DNA from: Bacillota bacterium | GTDB taxonomy: Bacteria > Bacillota > Clostridia > Ch29 | Assembly (NCBI GenBank): GCA_040766775.1 | Contig: JAXGPT010000003.1 | Location: forward strand, 30,098-94,097 | Direction of reading: 5' to 3' | Length of the DNA: 64,000 bases | In this document: in pieces, positions 54,137-63,827 of the stretch | Position numbering within the stretch: the stretch's first letter is position 1 | Layout of the letters: every line of letters starts with the position of its first letter | Notes under the pieces: generated by a model | The model's database searches: none | The model's input: the letters and a program-made list of their open reading frames with translations, nothing else | Told to the model about the DNA's origin: nothing | Translations under genes and position numbers: made by a program

Positions 54137-55966
54137 ATGTGCGGTATAGTTGGATATATAGGCAGCAAAGACGCAACACCCATCCTGATTGAAGGCTTAA
54201 GAAGGCTTGAATACAGGGGATACGATTCGGCCGGGGTAGCCGTTTATAACGAAGGCAGGGTCCAGGTGAAAAAGTACAAGGGCAGGCTGGATGTGCTGGA
54301 GGGCCGGATTAGGGAAAACCCCATCCTGGGAAACTTAGGGATCGGGCATACCCGGTGGGCCACCCACGGCGAACCGTCGGATGTGAATTCCCATCCCCAG
54401 ACAAGTTCCGGCGGGGATATAGCCATTGTACACAATGGCATAATAGAAAACTTTATGCCCCTTAGGGAATGGTTGTGCTATGAAGGGTACGAATTCCGGT
54501 CGGATACCGATACCGAGGTGGTAGCCCACCTCATAGACCATTTCTATGAAGGGGACCTTGTGAAGGCGGTTATAGAGTGCATGAAAAGGTTGAAGGGGTC
54601 CTTCGCGCTGGGGATAATAAGCTCTGACGAGCCGGATAAACTGGTGGCGGTAAGAAAGGACAGCCCGCTTATAGTAGGCATCGGCAGCGGCGAAAACTTC
54701 ATAGCGTCGGACATCCCCGCCATACTAAACCATACCAAGCGGGTTTACCTGCTGAACGATATGGAAATAGCGGTTTTGAGCAAAGAGGGCGTGAAAATAC
54801 TGGACCATAATGGTGCGCCGGTACAGAAGGAAGTGTTTGAAGTTACCTGGGACGTGGCCGCTGCCGAAAAGGGGGGCTATCCCCATTTCATGCTGAAGGA
54901 AATGTTCGAGCAGCCCACCGCCCTTAGGCAAACCCTCAAGTCCCGGCTTATATCCGAGAACGACGACATAATACTAGACATGATAAGGATTAACAAAGAG
55001 GACCTTGACAGGGTGGACAAAATAAACATCGTGGCCTGCGGCACCGCGTACCATGCGGGGGTTGTGGGAAAACATCTTATAGAAAGGCTGGCGAGGATTC
55101 CCGTCGAGACGGACATCGCCTCCGAGTTCCGCTACAGGGACCCGATACTTGATAAAAACAGCCTTGTAATGGTTATAAGCCAGTCGGGAGAAACCGCCGA
55201 CACCCTCGCGGCCATGAGGGAAGCCAAGCGGAAAGGGGCCAGGGTTATTGCCGTTACCAACGTGGTGGGAAGTACCGTGTCCAGGGAAGCCGACGACCTA
55301 TTGTATACCTGGGCGGGGCCGGAAATTGCGGTAGCCTCCACGAAGGCCTATACGACGCAGCTTTTGGCCATGTCGCTTATAGCCCTGAAACTTGCCAGCA
55401 TAAAGGGTGAAATAGACGAGGAGCTTTACAGCAGTATGAGGGAGGCCATATACAGGCTCCCGGAACAGGCGCAGCAGGTTGCTGGAAAAGGCGGAGGAGA
55501 TAAAGGCCCTTTCGGAGGAATACAAGGACGTTGACAAGGTGTTTTTCATAGGCCGGTCGCTGGACCATGCTGTGGCCATGGAAGGGTCGTTAAAGCTTAA
55601 GGAAATATCCTATATATTTTCCGAGGCCTATGCGGCCGGGGAACTTAAGCACGGCACCATAGCCCTTGTGGAGGACGGGACGCTGGTATTTGCCCTGGCC
55701 ACCCAGGACAGGCTGTTCGAGAAGTCGGTCAGCAACATGAAGGAGGTAAAAGCCAGGGGAGCCCAAGTAATAGCCGTTGCCAAGGAGGGAAACAGGGAGG
55801 TTGAAAAGGTGGCGGACCGGGTCATATACATCCCGGATACGCTGGACCTTTTGACCCCGGTGCTGACGGTGATACCGCTGCAGCTTTTTGCCTACTATAT
55901 AGCGGTGGCCCGGGGCTGTGACGTTAGCAAGCCCAGAACCTAGCCAAAAGCGTCACCGTGGAGTAA
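54137..55966 (+). pseudogene. glmS: glutamine--fructose-6-phosphate aminotransferase, two compensating 1-nt indels near the 3' end (probable assembly errors)
   Basis: MCGIVGYIG...intact to ~55478. An extra T at 55479-55480 shifts the frame, which resumes as LEKAEEIKAL...(55479-55943). A missing A at 55937-55938 hides the C-terminus NLAKSVTVE-TAA (stop at 55964-55966). Total length is 1830 nt, i.e. 609 codons plus stop. Confidence 0.9.
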
Positions 55967-56000
55967 TCAAGGGTAATCTGGGGACAGTTCTCTTGATTAC
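55963..56000 (+). repeat. conserved-loop hairpin family copy (stem GTAATCAAG/CTTGATTAC, loop contains GGGGACAGTTCT)
   Basis: Overlaps the glmS stop codon. 9-bp perfect stem. Confidence 0.7.
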
Positions 56001-56097
56001 TATTTGCATACTCGCGTATAGCAGTATATGTTGATTTAAGCCCATGAAATGTATGCAGGGGCAACCTGAGGTCTTTCACGGGCTTTTAATTACGGAA

Positions 56098-56123
56098 GTA
56101 ATTAGGACGGTTCCGTTGATTAC
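56098..56123 (+). repeat. conserved-loop hairpin family copy (stem GTAAT/ATTAC, loop TAGGACGGTTCCGTTG)
   Basis: Third copy of the GTAAT(C/T)A...TGATTAC arm type. Lies 49 nt upstream of the RayT-like ORF. Confidence 0.6.
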
Positions 56124-56171
56124 AAAAACATGCATAGTATAATATTTACAAAAATAATAGAGGTGACAGGA

Positions 56172-56930
56172 ATGCCACGGACCCCAAGGAGGAAAAGCAA
56201 AAGCGGTGTATATGTATAATAATTGAGGGAGCAAATAAGCAGGAATTATTTCATGATGATAAGGACCGATTAGTTTCTGGATACAGTGGAAAGGTATAAA
56301 ATTCAAACCGGGATGAATATGGTTGGTGCCTGATGAATAATCATATACACCTTTTATTGCAAGAAGGCAAGGAAGACTTGGCCATTACCATGAAGAGAAT
56401 AGGAGTAAGCTACGTTTGGTATTATAATTTGAAATATAGTACAACAGGGCATTTATTCCAGGACAGATATAGGAGCGAGAATGTTGAAAGTGATGGATAC
56501 CTTTGCCGTGATTTCGCCTACATACATCAAAACCCTGTAAGGCGAAACATAAAGCGACCTTCGGACTGGAAGTGGAGCAGCTGCCAAAGCATATTATAGG
56601 AATAGGTAGTTATAAACGAATTACTAGACAATTGAGTTAATACTTGGATTGTTTCTGAGACAAAAATACTGCAATAAGAAAATTTAGAAGTTTAATGAAA
56701 TAGAAAACAACGATAAATGCCTGGACGATGATGTATTCATTAAATTAACAGACAAAACAGTTGGAAATAGAAAAGATAAATCCAAAAATTAATATAGCGC
56801 AAGTAAAGAGCCTGCCAAAGAATCAAAGGATGAAATAATTAGAAAGGCCAAGTGTATTGAGTATAACTGCAACGGCAATTAGGGCGGATATTTGCTGCCG
56901 GAATTTTCCGCATGTTAGACAGGTCAATTT
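56172..56930 (+). pseudogene. IS200/RayT-like Y1 (HUH) transposase with C-terminal HTH region, many frameshifts
   Basis: MPRTPRRKSKSGVY, ELFHDDKDR, then the intact block MNNHIHLLLQEG...GHLFQDRYRSENVESDGYL..YIHQNPV (HUH and catalytic Y motifs). Downstream fragments DKCLDDD, LTDK and DEIIRKAKCIE are in other frames. Confidence 0.75.
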
Positions 56931-57027
56931 ACCCTAACGGGGCCGGGCCTGCACAAGTTCGAATGGGTGGAACCATGACGGAGGGGATACCGTCTAAACT
57001 GGCAGCAAATAAAAGAGGGTGGGCTGT

Positions 57028-57573
57028 ATGAAGCGGAAGAAAATATTAACGTTAATCCTGGTTTTGGCAATAATGCTGGCGGGTTGCTCCCAGGCCGGAG
57101 CCAACCTGGAAGCGGCAGATGCAGAGCCTATGGTATTTGAAGCAGGAGATGAAAACTTCGCTATTAAAACCTACATCAATAAGCTGGAATTTGATGAGGG
57201 TGAGGAGATTAAGCTGCACTCTACCATTGAGTATATAGGCCAAAACGAAAGCATCGCGATTTGGTCGGGGGAGCCTTACTTTCACCATTTGATACATGAC
57301 GGCGACAAGTATATAAATAGCGATATTGTCCTGGGTATATTAAAGGAAACGGTTTTAAAGAAAGGCGAAGTCTATACGATACCCTTTTCCAAAAGCGGTG
57401 GGTTCACCCGGGAAGACCCGGATGCGGAGTTCTGGGAGAAGTACTTCTCGGAGAAAGAGCTGAGGCTGCCCACCGGGGACTACACCTTTACGGCGGTAAC
57501 GGATTTTTGCCTGGACATGGACCAGGAGGAAAAAGTAACGTTAAGAACAGAGTTTAAAGTTAAAGTAAAATGA
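57028..57573 (+). CDS. hypothetical lipoprotein
   Basis: MKRKKILTLILVLAIMLAGC lipobox. No family recognised. Confidence 0.6.
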   Translation: MKRKKILTLILVLAIMLAGCSQAGANLEAADAEPMVFEAGDENFAIKTYINKLEFDEGEEIKLHSTIEYIGQNESIAIWSGEPYFHHLIHDGDKYINSDIVLGILKETVLKKGEVYTIPFSKSGGFTREDPDAEFWEKYFSEKELRLPTGDYTFTAVTDFCLDMDQEEKVTLRTEFKVKVK

Positions 57574-57735
57574 TTACAGGGCTAAATAGTACAGGGCTCT
57601 AATTTGAGTTAGTAATTCCGATGATAGGAAAGCCCCGGCTGGCCCAAGTCCGACTGTTCCGGCAAAAGCAGGCGCAAAAATTATAAAAGCAAGTTTTTAA
57701 GCCAGTAAAGTTCATATTATATGGAGTGGAATAAG

Positions 57736-58239
57736 ATGAAAAAAACAGTCATGTACGCCGTTGTAATTGTTGCCCTTGTTGTGTTGTTTCCCGGATGCTA
57801 TATGCTCCAAACGGAAAAAGATGATTCTGAACCAAAAAAGATAGAATCCATACCATTTCTCAAGGACCAATTATATGCTGTGGCGTATTTAGGGTATAAT
57901 GAAATAGGTGAACTTTCATTTTATATACAAGAATATTTAGACAGCGAAAATATACCTATTCATTATATATCAAAAGGAGAATATTATCTTGTAATACCTA
58001 GGTATTCAAATATGTCATTATCATTGTATAAAAATGATATCCAAACGATGGATTCAACATTAATATTTGAAGAAAAAGAATGTCGTCCGTTTATAATTCA
58101 ATGTAATGTGAGCGATATTTTTCCGGATGCAACAATTCGCTTTGCTTATAACGATGAAACCATTGAATTTTCACCATATATCTCATTAAAAGATGGAACA
58201 GTTGTGGTTGGAGACAGAGGTATAAATATAACAAAATAG
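57736..58239 (+). CDS. hypothetical lipoprotein (low-GC)
   Basis: MKKTVMYAVVIVALVVLFPGC lipobox. AT-rich codon usage unlike the core genes. Confidence 0.55.
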   Translation: MKKTVMYAVVIVALVVLFPGCYMLQTEKDDSEPKKIESIPFLKDQLYAVAYLGYNEIGELSFYIQEYLDSENIPIHYISKGEYYLVIPRYSNMSLSLYKNDIQTMDSTLIFEEKECRPFIIQCNVSDIFPDATIRFAYNDETIEFSPYISLKDGTVVVGDRGINITK

Positions 58240-58247
58240 GTTTTGGC

Positions 58248-58272
58248 CGCGGCGTCCAGCCGCGTATTTTTT
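58248..58272 (+). terminator. intrinsic terminator
   Basis: CGCGGC-gtcca-GCCGCG followed by TATTTTTT. Confidence 0.7.
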
Positions 58273-58381
58273 ATAGCATATGATTTGGGTATTGGTTCAT
58301 ATTGATAGGATTATGTGCGAAAAAAATTAAACAGAAACATTTTGCTATGGTGTACCGAACAATAAAAAACAACAGAGTTGG

Positions 58382-58410
58382 TTGACATCTACGGATAAAA
58401 AGCATAGAAT
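58382..58410 (+). promoter_or_regulatory. sigma-A promoter TTGACA-17-TAGAAT
   Basis: Exact -35 with 17-nt spacer, about 25 nt upstream of the M-box. Confidence 0.7.
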
Positions 58411-58431
58411 GAAATAGAAAATTGAATAAAA

Positions 58432-58585
58432 TCTCGGTAGGCGAGGCTACTACAAGGATACGGGTTGCTGCCGTAAAAGAGTGGAAACACTCTGCACTGG
58501 TAAGCAGGTTTTGCCGAACAGAGAAGGCTTAATCTAATGCGACTTCATTGCCTTGTAGAGCCAAAACTTGAACGGGGAAGTCTTA
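58432..58585 (+). promoter_or_regulatory. M-box (ykoK-type) magnesium riboswitch
   Basis: GGUAGGCGAGGCUACUACAAGGAUACGGGUUGCUGCCG...CCUUGUAGAGCCAAAACUUGAACGG matches the M-box blocks GUUAGGUGAGGCUCCUGUAUGGAGAUACGCUGCUGCC...CAUACAGUGCUAAAGCUCUACGA as I recall them from B. subtilis mgtE. Confidence 0.8.
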
Positions 58586-58592
58586 CATTAAT

Positions 58593-58627
58593 GCCTTCGT
58601 CATGTTCAAGTTTGGCGAAGGCTTTTA
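58593..58627 (+). terminator. riboswitch expression-platform terminator
   Basis: GCCTTCG-16 nt-CGAAGGC followed by TTTT. Confidence 0.7.
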
Positions 58628-59111
58628 GTATTCGGAGGTGAGAAGAATGGAATCTGGCAGTGATAGTATGGTCTATGGAGAAAAAAGCATATATTATTAT
58701 AGAAAAAATAGAACTATAACTGTCAAACTCTATTCTTCTCTAATAAGAGTTTGTTAAATATTATGATTCAAATTCTGTTTTTTCATATATGCTTTTCTTT
58801 GAGAACAAATCTCCATTACCACCCATGACAGTTTCTTTGATAAAGGCAGTTTACAGGACTATTTGATTTGAAACTTAAACAAAATAATCGTTTTTTATAG
58901 GTTAAAAGCTTATTTGTTAATCTTTAGTTTCTCATCGCTTTTTTGGAACGTTCTTAGCTATTATTTTGTTTTGTAAATGATTAAAGAAGGTGGAGGTGGT
59001 AGTTATGGATTTTGACCCTTTACCCAGTAATTTTAATGAAAAAAGGAATAATAAATTTTGGGCCATAACTACCAATCGGGTAGTGTGGCTCTGTCAAAGG
59101 GGAGCTACAAA

Positions 59112-60446
59112 ATGAAAGAAATGATTCTCAATCTTATTGAGAAGGGTAAATATGCTGATGTAAGAAAAGAAATCGTTGACATGAATGTTGTTGACATCGC
59201 ACAACTTTTTGAAGAGTTAGACAAGCAGAAACTATTAGTGGTATTAAGGATACTGCCTAAGGATATGGCATCAGGTGTTTTCTCTTATATACCTAATGAA
59301 CTACAAAAATATATAATTGAATCTATTACTGATAAGGAAATCAAGAATATTTTCGATAAACTATTTTTTGATGATACAATTGACTTTTTAGAAGAAATGC
59401 CGTCAAACATAGTAAAGAAGGTTCTTAAGAATACAGATGAAGATACAAGAATACTTATCAATCAATTCTTGAACTATCCTGAGAATTCAGCTGGAAGCAT
59501 AATGACTATAGAGTTTGTTGACTTAAAAAAGGAAATGACAGTAAAACAAGCAATACAGCACATTAAGGAAACAGGGGTAGACAAGGAGACAATTTATACT
59601 TGCTATGTTATTGACAATAATAGAAAACTTGAAGGTGTCATATCAACTAGAAAACTAATATTAAGTGAAGATACGACAATAGTTAGAGACATTATGGAAA
59701 AAGATGTTGTGTATATTAACACTTATGATGACCGGGAAAAATCACATCATTATTTAAAAAATATGACTTCCTTTCAATGCCTGTAGTTGATAGCGAATGT
59801 AGGTTAGTTGGTATAGTGACAGTAGATGACATTGTAGATATTATAGACCAGGAAAATACCGAAGATTTTCAGAAGATGGCTGCTATGCAGCCTTCTGAAA
59901 AAGAATACTTGAAGACAAATACAATGGTATTAGCAAAGCATAGGATAATCTGGCTTTTAATCTTAATGATTTCTGCAACCTTTACAGGAAATATTATAAG
60001 AAAATTTGATGAAGTATTGCAGTCATTTGTGGTGCTTGCTTCATTCATCCCAATGCTCATGGATACAGGAGGAAATGCTGGTTCCCAATCATCAACACTC
60101 ATAATCAGAGGATTAGCTATAGGAAAAATTAGGCCTAAAGATGTTTTTAAGGTACTATGGAAAGAACTCCAAGTAAGCTGCCTTGTCGGAATAGCCCTAA
60201 CTGTTGTAAATTTTGTAAGGATATATTATTTTGGAAAGACTGACTTATTAATATCTGTAACTGTATGCATCACCTTGTTTTTTACAGTTATGTTGGCAAA
60301 AATTGCAGGTGGGATCTCTACCTATTATAGCAAAAATATTTAAGATAGACCCTGCGATTATGGCAAGTCCACTAATAACAACCATTGTCGATGCCTTGAC
60401 TCTTATTTTATATTTTTCAACTGCTACATGGTTATTAAGTATATAG
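59112..60446 (+). pseudogene. mgtE: magnesium transporter MgtE, two compensating 1-nt indels
   Basis: N-domain plus CBS pair plus TM domain (MDTGGNAGSQSSTL). The A-run at 59737-59741 lacks one A (restores REKITSLFKKYDFLSMPVVD). An extra base near 60315 hides the C-terminus LPIIAKIFKIDPAIMASPLITTIVDALTLILYF. Total length is 1335 nt. Confidence 0.88.
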
Positions 60447-60645
60447 ATTTGAAAAAACCATTTTATATTATGACATTGATATCAGGCAGCAGGCCGTCCG
60501 GAAGGACGGTTATTGTATTAGTTCCGGCATGGAGGGGAAAATAATATTGCGAGCAAAAAGGAAATTTTCATAAAGGAGGCAAAAAAGGTTACCGGATAAT
60601 ACAAAAAAGGTTAAATCTCTTAACCGGCTTTTACAGGGAGAGTAC

Positions 60646-61026
60646 ATGGCAGTAGAGAGTTTTAATACCTTTATATCCAGGGCTAAAGATGAAAATGTGA
60701 AGAAAACTTTCCAGGCGGTCCAGAAACAGCATAGGAGAAACATCGAGAAATTAGCAGGCTATATTCAGGACATAGGCGGGCGGCCCCACGAAAACCTTGG
60801 GATAAAGGGTAAAATGGCTGACATGAAGGTCAACATAGACCTCGGCTTAAGGGGTGACACCGATGAAATAATAAAAAAAGCGGTGGAGGGTGAAACCCAG
60901 GGAGTGAACATGGCAGAGAAGGTTCTAAGGGGCAGCCTGGATGATAAATCCAGGGATATTGCAGGTGAGATACTGCATAAGGACAGAAGATCTATTGATG
61001 AATTAAACAGTTTGAAGAACAGGTAA
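60646..61026 (+). CDS. DUF2383/ferritin-like four-helix-bundle protein
   Basis: 126 aa. The in-frame upstream codons KKVKSLNRLLQGEY look like part of the protein, but no start codon is visible there, so the N-terminus is uncertain. Confidence 0.5.
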   Translation: MAVESFNTFISRAKDENVKKTFQAVQKQHRRNIEKLAGYIQDIGGRPHENLGIKGKMADMKVNIDLGLRGDTDEIIKKAVEGETQGVNMAEKVLRGSLDDKSRDIAGEILHKDRRSIDELNSLKNR

Positions 61027-61434
61027 TTGGGCAGCCCCTTGGCCGCCCCATTTCTATAAGCGGTGCAAAGAATGCTTTTACTTGAATGCATTACCCATAG
61101 ACAATAAAATAATAATAAGAATAATTGCCAAATTTAGGACTAGAATGATATAAGGGAGACATCGGCGGGTATTTATGATATAAGGTTTGATACCCGCGGG
61201 TGTTGTGGACAATATCCCTTTATTATTCACAGGGCTCTCACAGGCAGTTTTAGGCGAAGGCTAAACAGGGGTTGGAACTAACCGGGATGCTGCAGAACGG
61301 GACCTTAACGGAAGAGGGTATCGCACGCCTGACCGGGCCGGTCCGGAAATACCGAATACCCGGCACGGGGGATAAGGGGGTGTGGCAGTGCGGTGTGCGC
61401 GTACCAAAGATTGTGAAAAAAGGGAGGACGACGG

Positions 61435-62058
61435 ATGAAACATGAATGGAAAAAGCATGAAAAAAACTTGTACATGCCCGGGCAAAAACCGGAGATTATT
61501 ACTGTGCCGGAGCAGAAGTTTTTTATGATAGGCGGGCAAGGGAATCCGAACAGCGAAGAATTTGCACAGAGGGTGGGCGTTTTGTATTCCCTTTCCTACG
61601 CCGTCAGGATGATGCCAAAGCAGGGGTATACCCCGGAAGGATATTTCGAATATACGGTATACCCGCTGGAAGGCGTATGGGACCTGACAGAGGAGGGGAG
61701 GAAGGCGGATGTGCTGGACAAGGAGCAGCTGCTCTATACCATAATGATTAGACAGCCGGATTTTACTACAGAAGAGGTGGCGTATAGGGCCCTTGAAACG
61801 GTTCAGAAGAAAAAACCGCATCCGCTGCTGGATGAAGTGACTTTTGGAACAATGGAGGACGGGCTGGCGGTGCAAATGCTTCATATTGGCCCCTATGATG
61901 ATGAACCCAGGACCTTTGAAGTTATGAAGGATTTTATTGAAAATAATAATCTTGAGGTTGCTACCATGAAACACAGGGAAATATACCTGTCGGATGCAAG
62001 AAAAACAGAACAGGCAAAGCTCAAAACGGTTTTAAGATATAGGGTGAAGCCGAAGTAA
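61435..62058 (+). CDS. GyrI-like small-molecule-binding domain protein
   Basis: 207 aa: QKFFMIGGQGNPN...LHIGPYDDEPRTFEVMKDFI, typical of GyrI-like/YdeE-type proteins. Confidence 0.75.
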   Translation: MKHEWKKHEKNLYMPGQKPEIITVPEQKFFMIGGQGNPNSEEFAQRVGVLYSLSYAVRMMPKQGYTPEGYFEYTVYPLEGVWDLTEEGRKADVLDKEQLLYTIMIRQPDFTTEEVAYRALETVQKKKPHPLLDEVTFGTMEDGLAVQMLHIGPYDDEPRTFEVMKDFIENNNLEVATMKHREIYLSDARKTEQAKLKTVLRYRVKPK

Positions 62059-62253
62059 TGAGTTCGGTTCCACGGAAAACTCAAAAAATGGACCGGGGAG
62101 GAGAAACGATGTGTCCGGCGCGCCTTTGCAGCATCCCATATGGTACCGGCCAAGGAGAGGCTGTTCAAAGAAAACATATTTCAAAGGGCAGGCAAATAAC
62201 ATAATATCCGCTGAATTTCAGGAAATATTATTATTTAGTATGTTCCGAAGAAA

Positions 62254-62262
62254 CGGGACCAT
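62254..62262 (+). repeat. 9-bp target-site duplication CGGGACCAT (left)
   Basis: An identical 9-mer at 63828-63836 directly abuts the IS ends. Confidence 0.8.
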
Positions 62263-63827
62263 GTTAGTGTAAAATTACTTTGGGAAAAAACCAAAAAATA
62301 AAAGATAAGAGTATCTCTCCTGTGATATCATGTAATTTGTGAAAGAACCACAATAAACACAGAAAAGGAGATACTCTTATGGAACTAATTATACAGGAAA
62401 TCATAGAAAAAATCAGTAGTTGTTTTGAAAAAGAACTAGAGAATCTGATAGGTGAAAGAAGAGACATATCCGAATTTATTCTAGCTACTAAGAAGACGTT
62501 GGACGAGATTGGGGTAACCTTAGTGGCCGAAGCCTTGGAAACAATAGACGAGGCGTATAGAAACAGTAAAGATCGGAAACGAAACTGGACAGTAAAGGAG
62601 AAAGCGGCTGAAAAGACCCTTATGACAATATTTGGCGAAGTAAGGTATGAAAGGACATATTACAAGAATAAAAAGACAGGCGAATACAGCTACCTGTCAG
62701 ATGAGGCTGTGGGCATAAAAGCCCATGATAAAATGGATGCTTCACTAAAGGCAAGGCTCATAGAGGAAGCAGTATTTATGCCCTATAGTAGAAGTGCAAA
62801 GGAAGCAGCTGAAGCTGTGGATCTAACATCACAGACAGTAATGAACAGTATCCGTGAGCTTGGCAGTATAGAGAATGATGCGGTAGAGATAAAGCAAGAT
62901 AAAAAGGCAGTAAAAGTACTGTACATAGAAGCTGATGAAGATCATGTACCACTTCAGGCTGGAGGCTACGCAGAACCAAAGCTTGTATATGTGCATGAGG
63001 GCAGGAAACAGGTTGGTAAAGACCGGTGGAAGCTAATAAATGCGAGGTATTTCAGCGGTATTTATGCAAACAGTGATGAGCTATGGGTAGAAGTTTTAGA
63101 CTACATAGATAAGACTTATGATATGGATACTATTGAAAAGATATACCTATCAGGGGATGGAGCTGCATGGATAAAGAATGGACTAGGCTGGATAAAGGGA
63201 AGCATCTTTGTACTGGACCGTTATCACTTATCAAAGTATGTAACACAAGCTACAGCGCATATGGACTATACCACACCCATCATGTGGGACTATATAAACA
63301 GCGGCGATAAAGATAGTGTAAAAGAGCTATTTAAAGCAATCATAAGTACAACTGAGCCGGAAACAAAGAAGAGAGCTGTGCAGGAAGCAAGAAGATATAT
63401 ACTAGGCAACTGGGAAGGTATAATGCGGCAGTACGGGGCGGATTATATCGGCTGCAGTGCAGAAGGTCATGTAAGCCATATCTTGTCGTCCAGGTTAAGC
63501 TCACGGCCTCTGGGCTGGAGTAGAATAGGTGTGGACCAGATGGCCAGGTTAAGGGTCTTTGTAGCGAACGGCGGAAATGTATATGACATATTTATGCAAA
63601 AGAAAAAAGCAGCAATAGATGAAGCAAGGGAGGTAAAAGTGGACCGTGAGATTATCAGGAAGAGAAAGCTTACAGCATCGCGCGAAACCATCGGTAACAT
63701 AACCATTTTGAATATTGGAAAAAGGACTTGGGCTTCCCAGTTCCTCAAGTCAGTGAGGGATGCTTAAAGTAGCAGGTTAACAGGAGATTACTTTTATTTT
63801 TAAAACCCATAGTATCTTGACGCTATC
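62263..63827 (+). mobile_element. ISLre2-family insertion sequence, apparently intact
   Basis: 1565 bp with imperfect terminal IRs (GTTAGTGTAAAATTACTTTGGG vs the reverse complement GATAGCGTCAAGATACTATGGG, 16/22). A second internal IR pair brackets the ORF. Flanked by a 9-bp TSD. Confidence 0.85.
62379..63767 (+). CDS. ISLre2 family transposase
   Basis: Uninterrupted 462 aa (TIFGEVRYERTYY, YIEADEDHV, VLDRYHLSKY), UPF0236/ISLre2-type. Confidence 0.85.
   Translation: MELIIQEIIEKISSCFEKELENLIGERRDISEFILATKKTLDEIGVTLVAEALETIDEAYRNSKDRKRNWTVKEKAAEKTLMTIFGEVRYERTYYKNKKTGEYSYLSDEAVGIKAHDKMDASLKARLIEEAVFMPYSRSAKEAAEAVDLTSQTVMNSIRELGSIENDAVEIKQDKKAVKVLYIEADEDHVPLQAGGYAEPKLVYVHEGRKQVGKDRWKLINARYFSGIYANSDELWVEVLDYIDKTYDMDTIEKIYLSGDGAAWIKNGLGWIKGSIFVLDRYHLSKYVTQATAHMDYTTPIMWDYINSGDKDSVKELFKAIISTTEPETKKRAVQEARRYILGNWEGIMRQYGADYIGCSAEGHVSHILSSRLSSRPLGWSRIGVDQMARLRVFVANGGNVYDIFMQKKKAAIDEAREVKVDREIIRKRKLTASRETIGNITILNIGKRTWASQFLKSVRDA

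Noticed and set aside
58690-58730. Minus-strand TTGACA-19-TATAAT promoter-like sequence pointing back into the M-box.
   Set aside because: The 19-nt spacing is poor and the region is very AT-rich, so chance matches are expected. There is no downstream feature.
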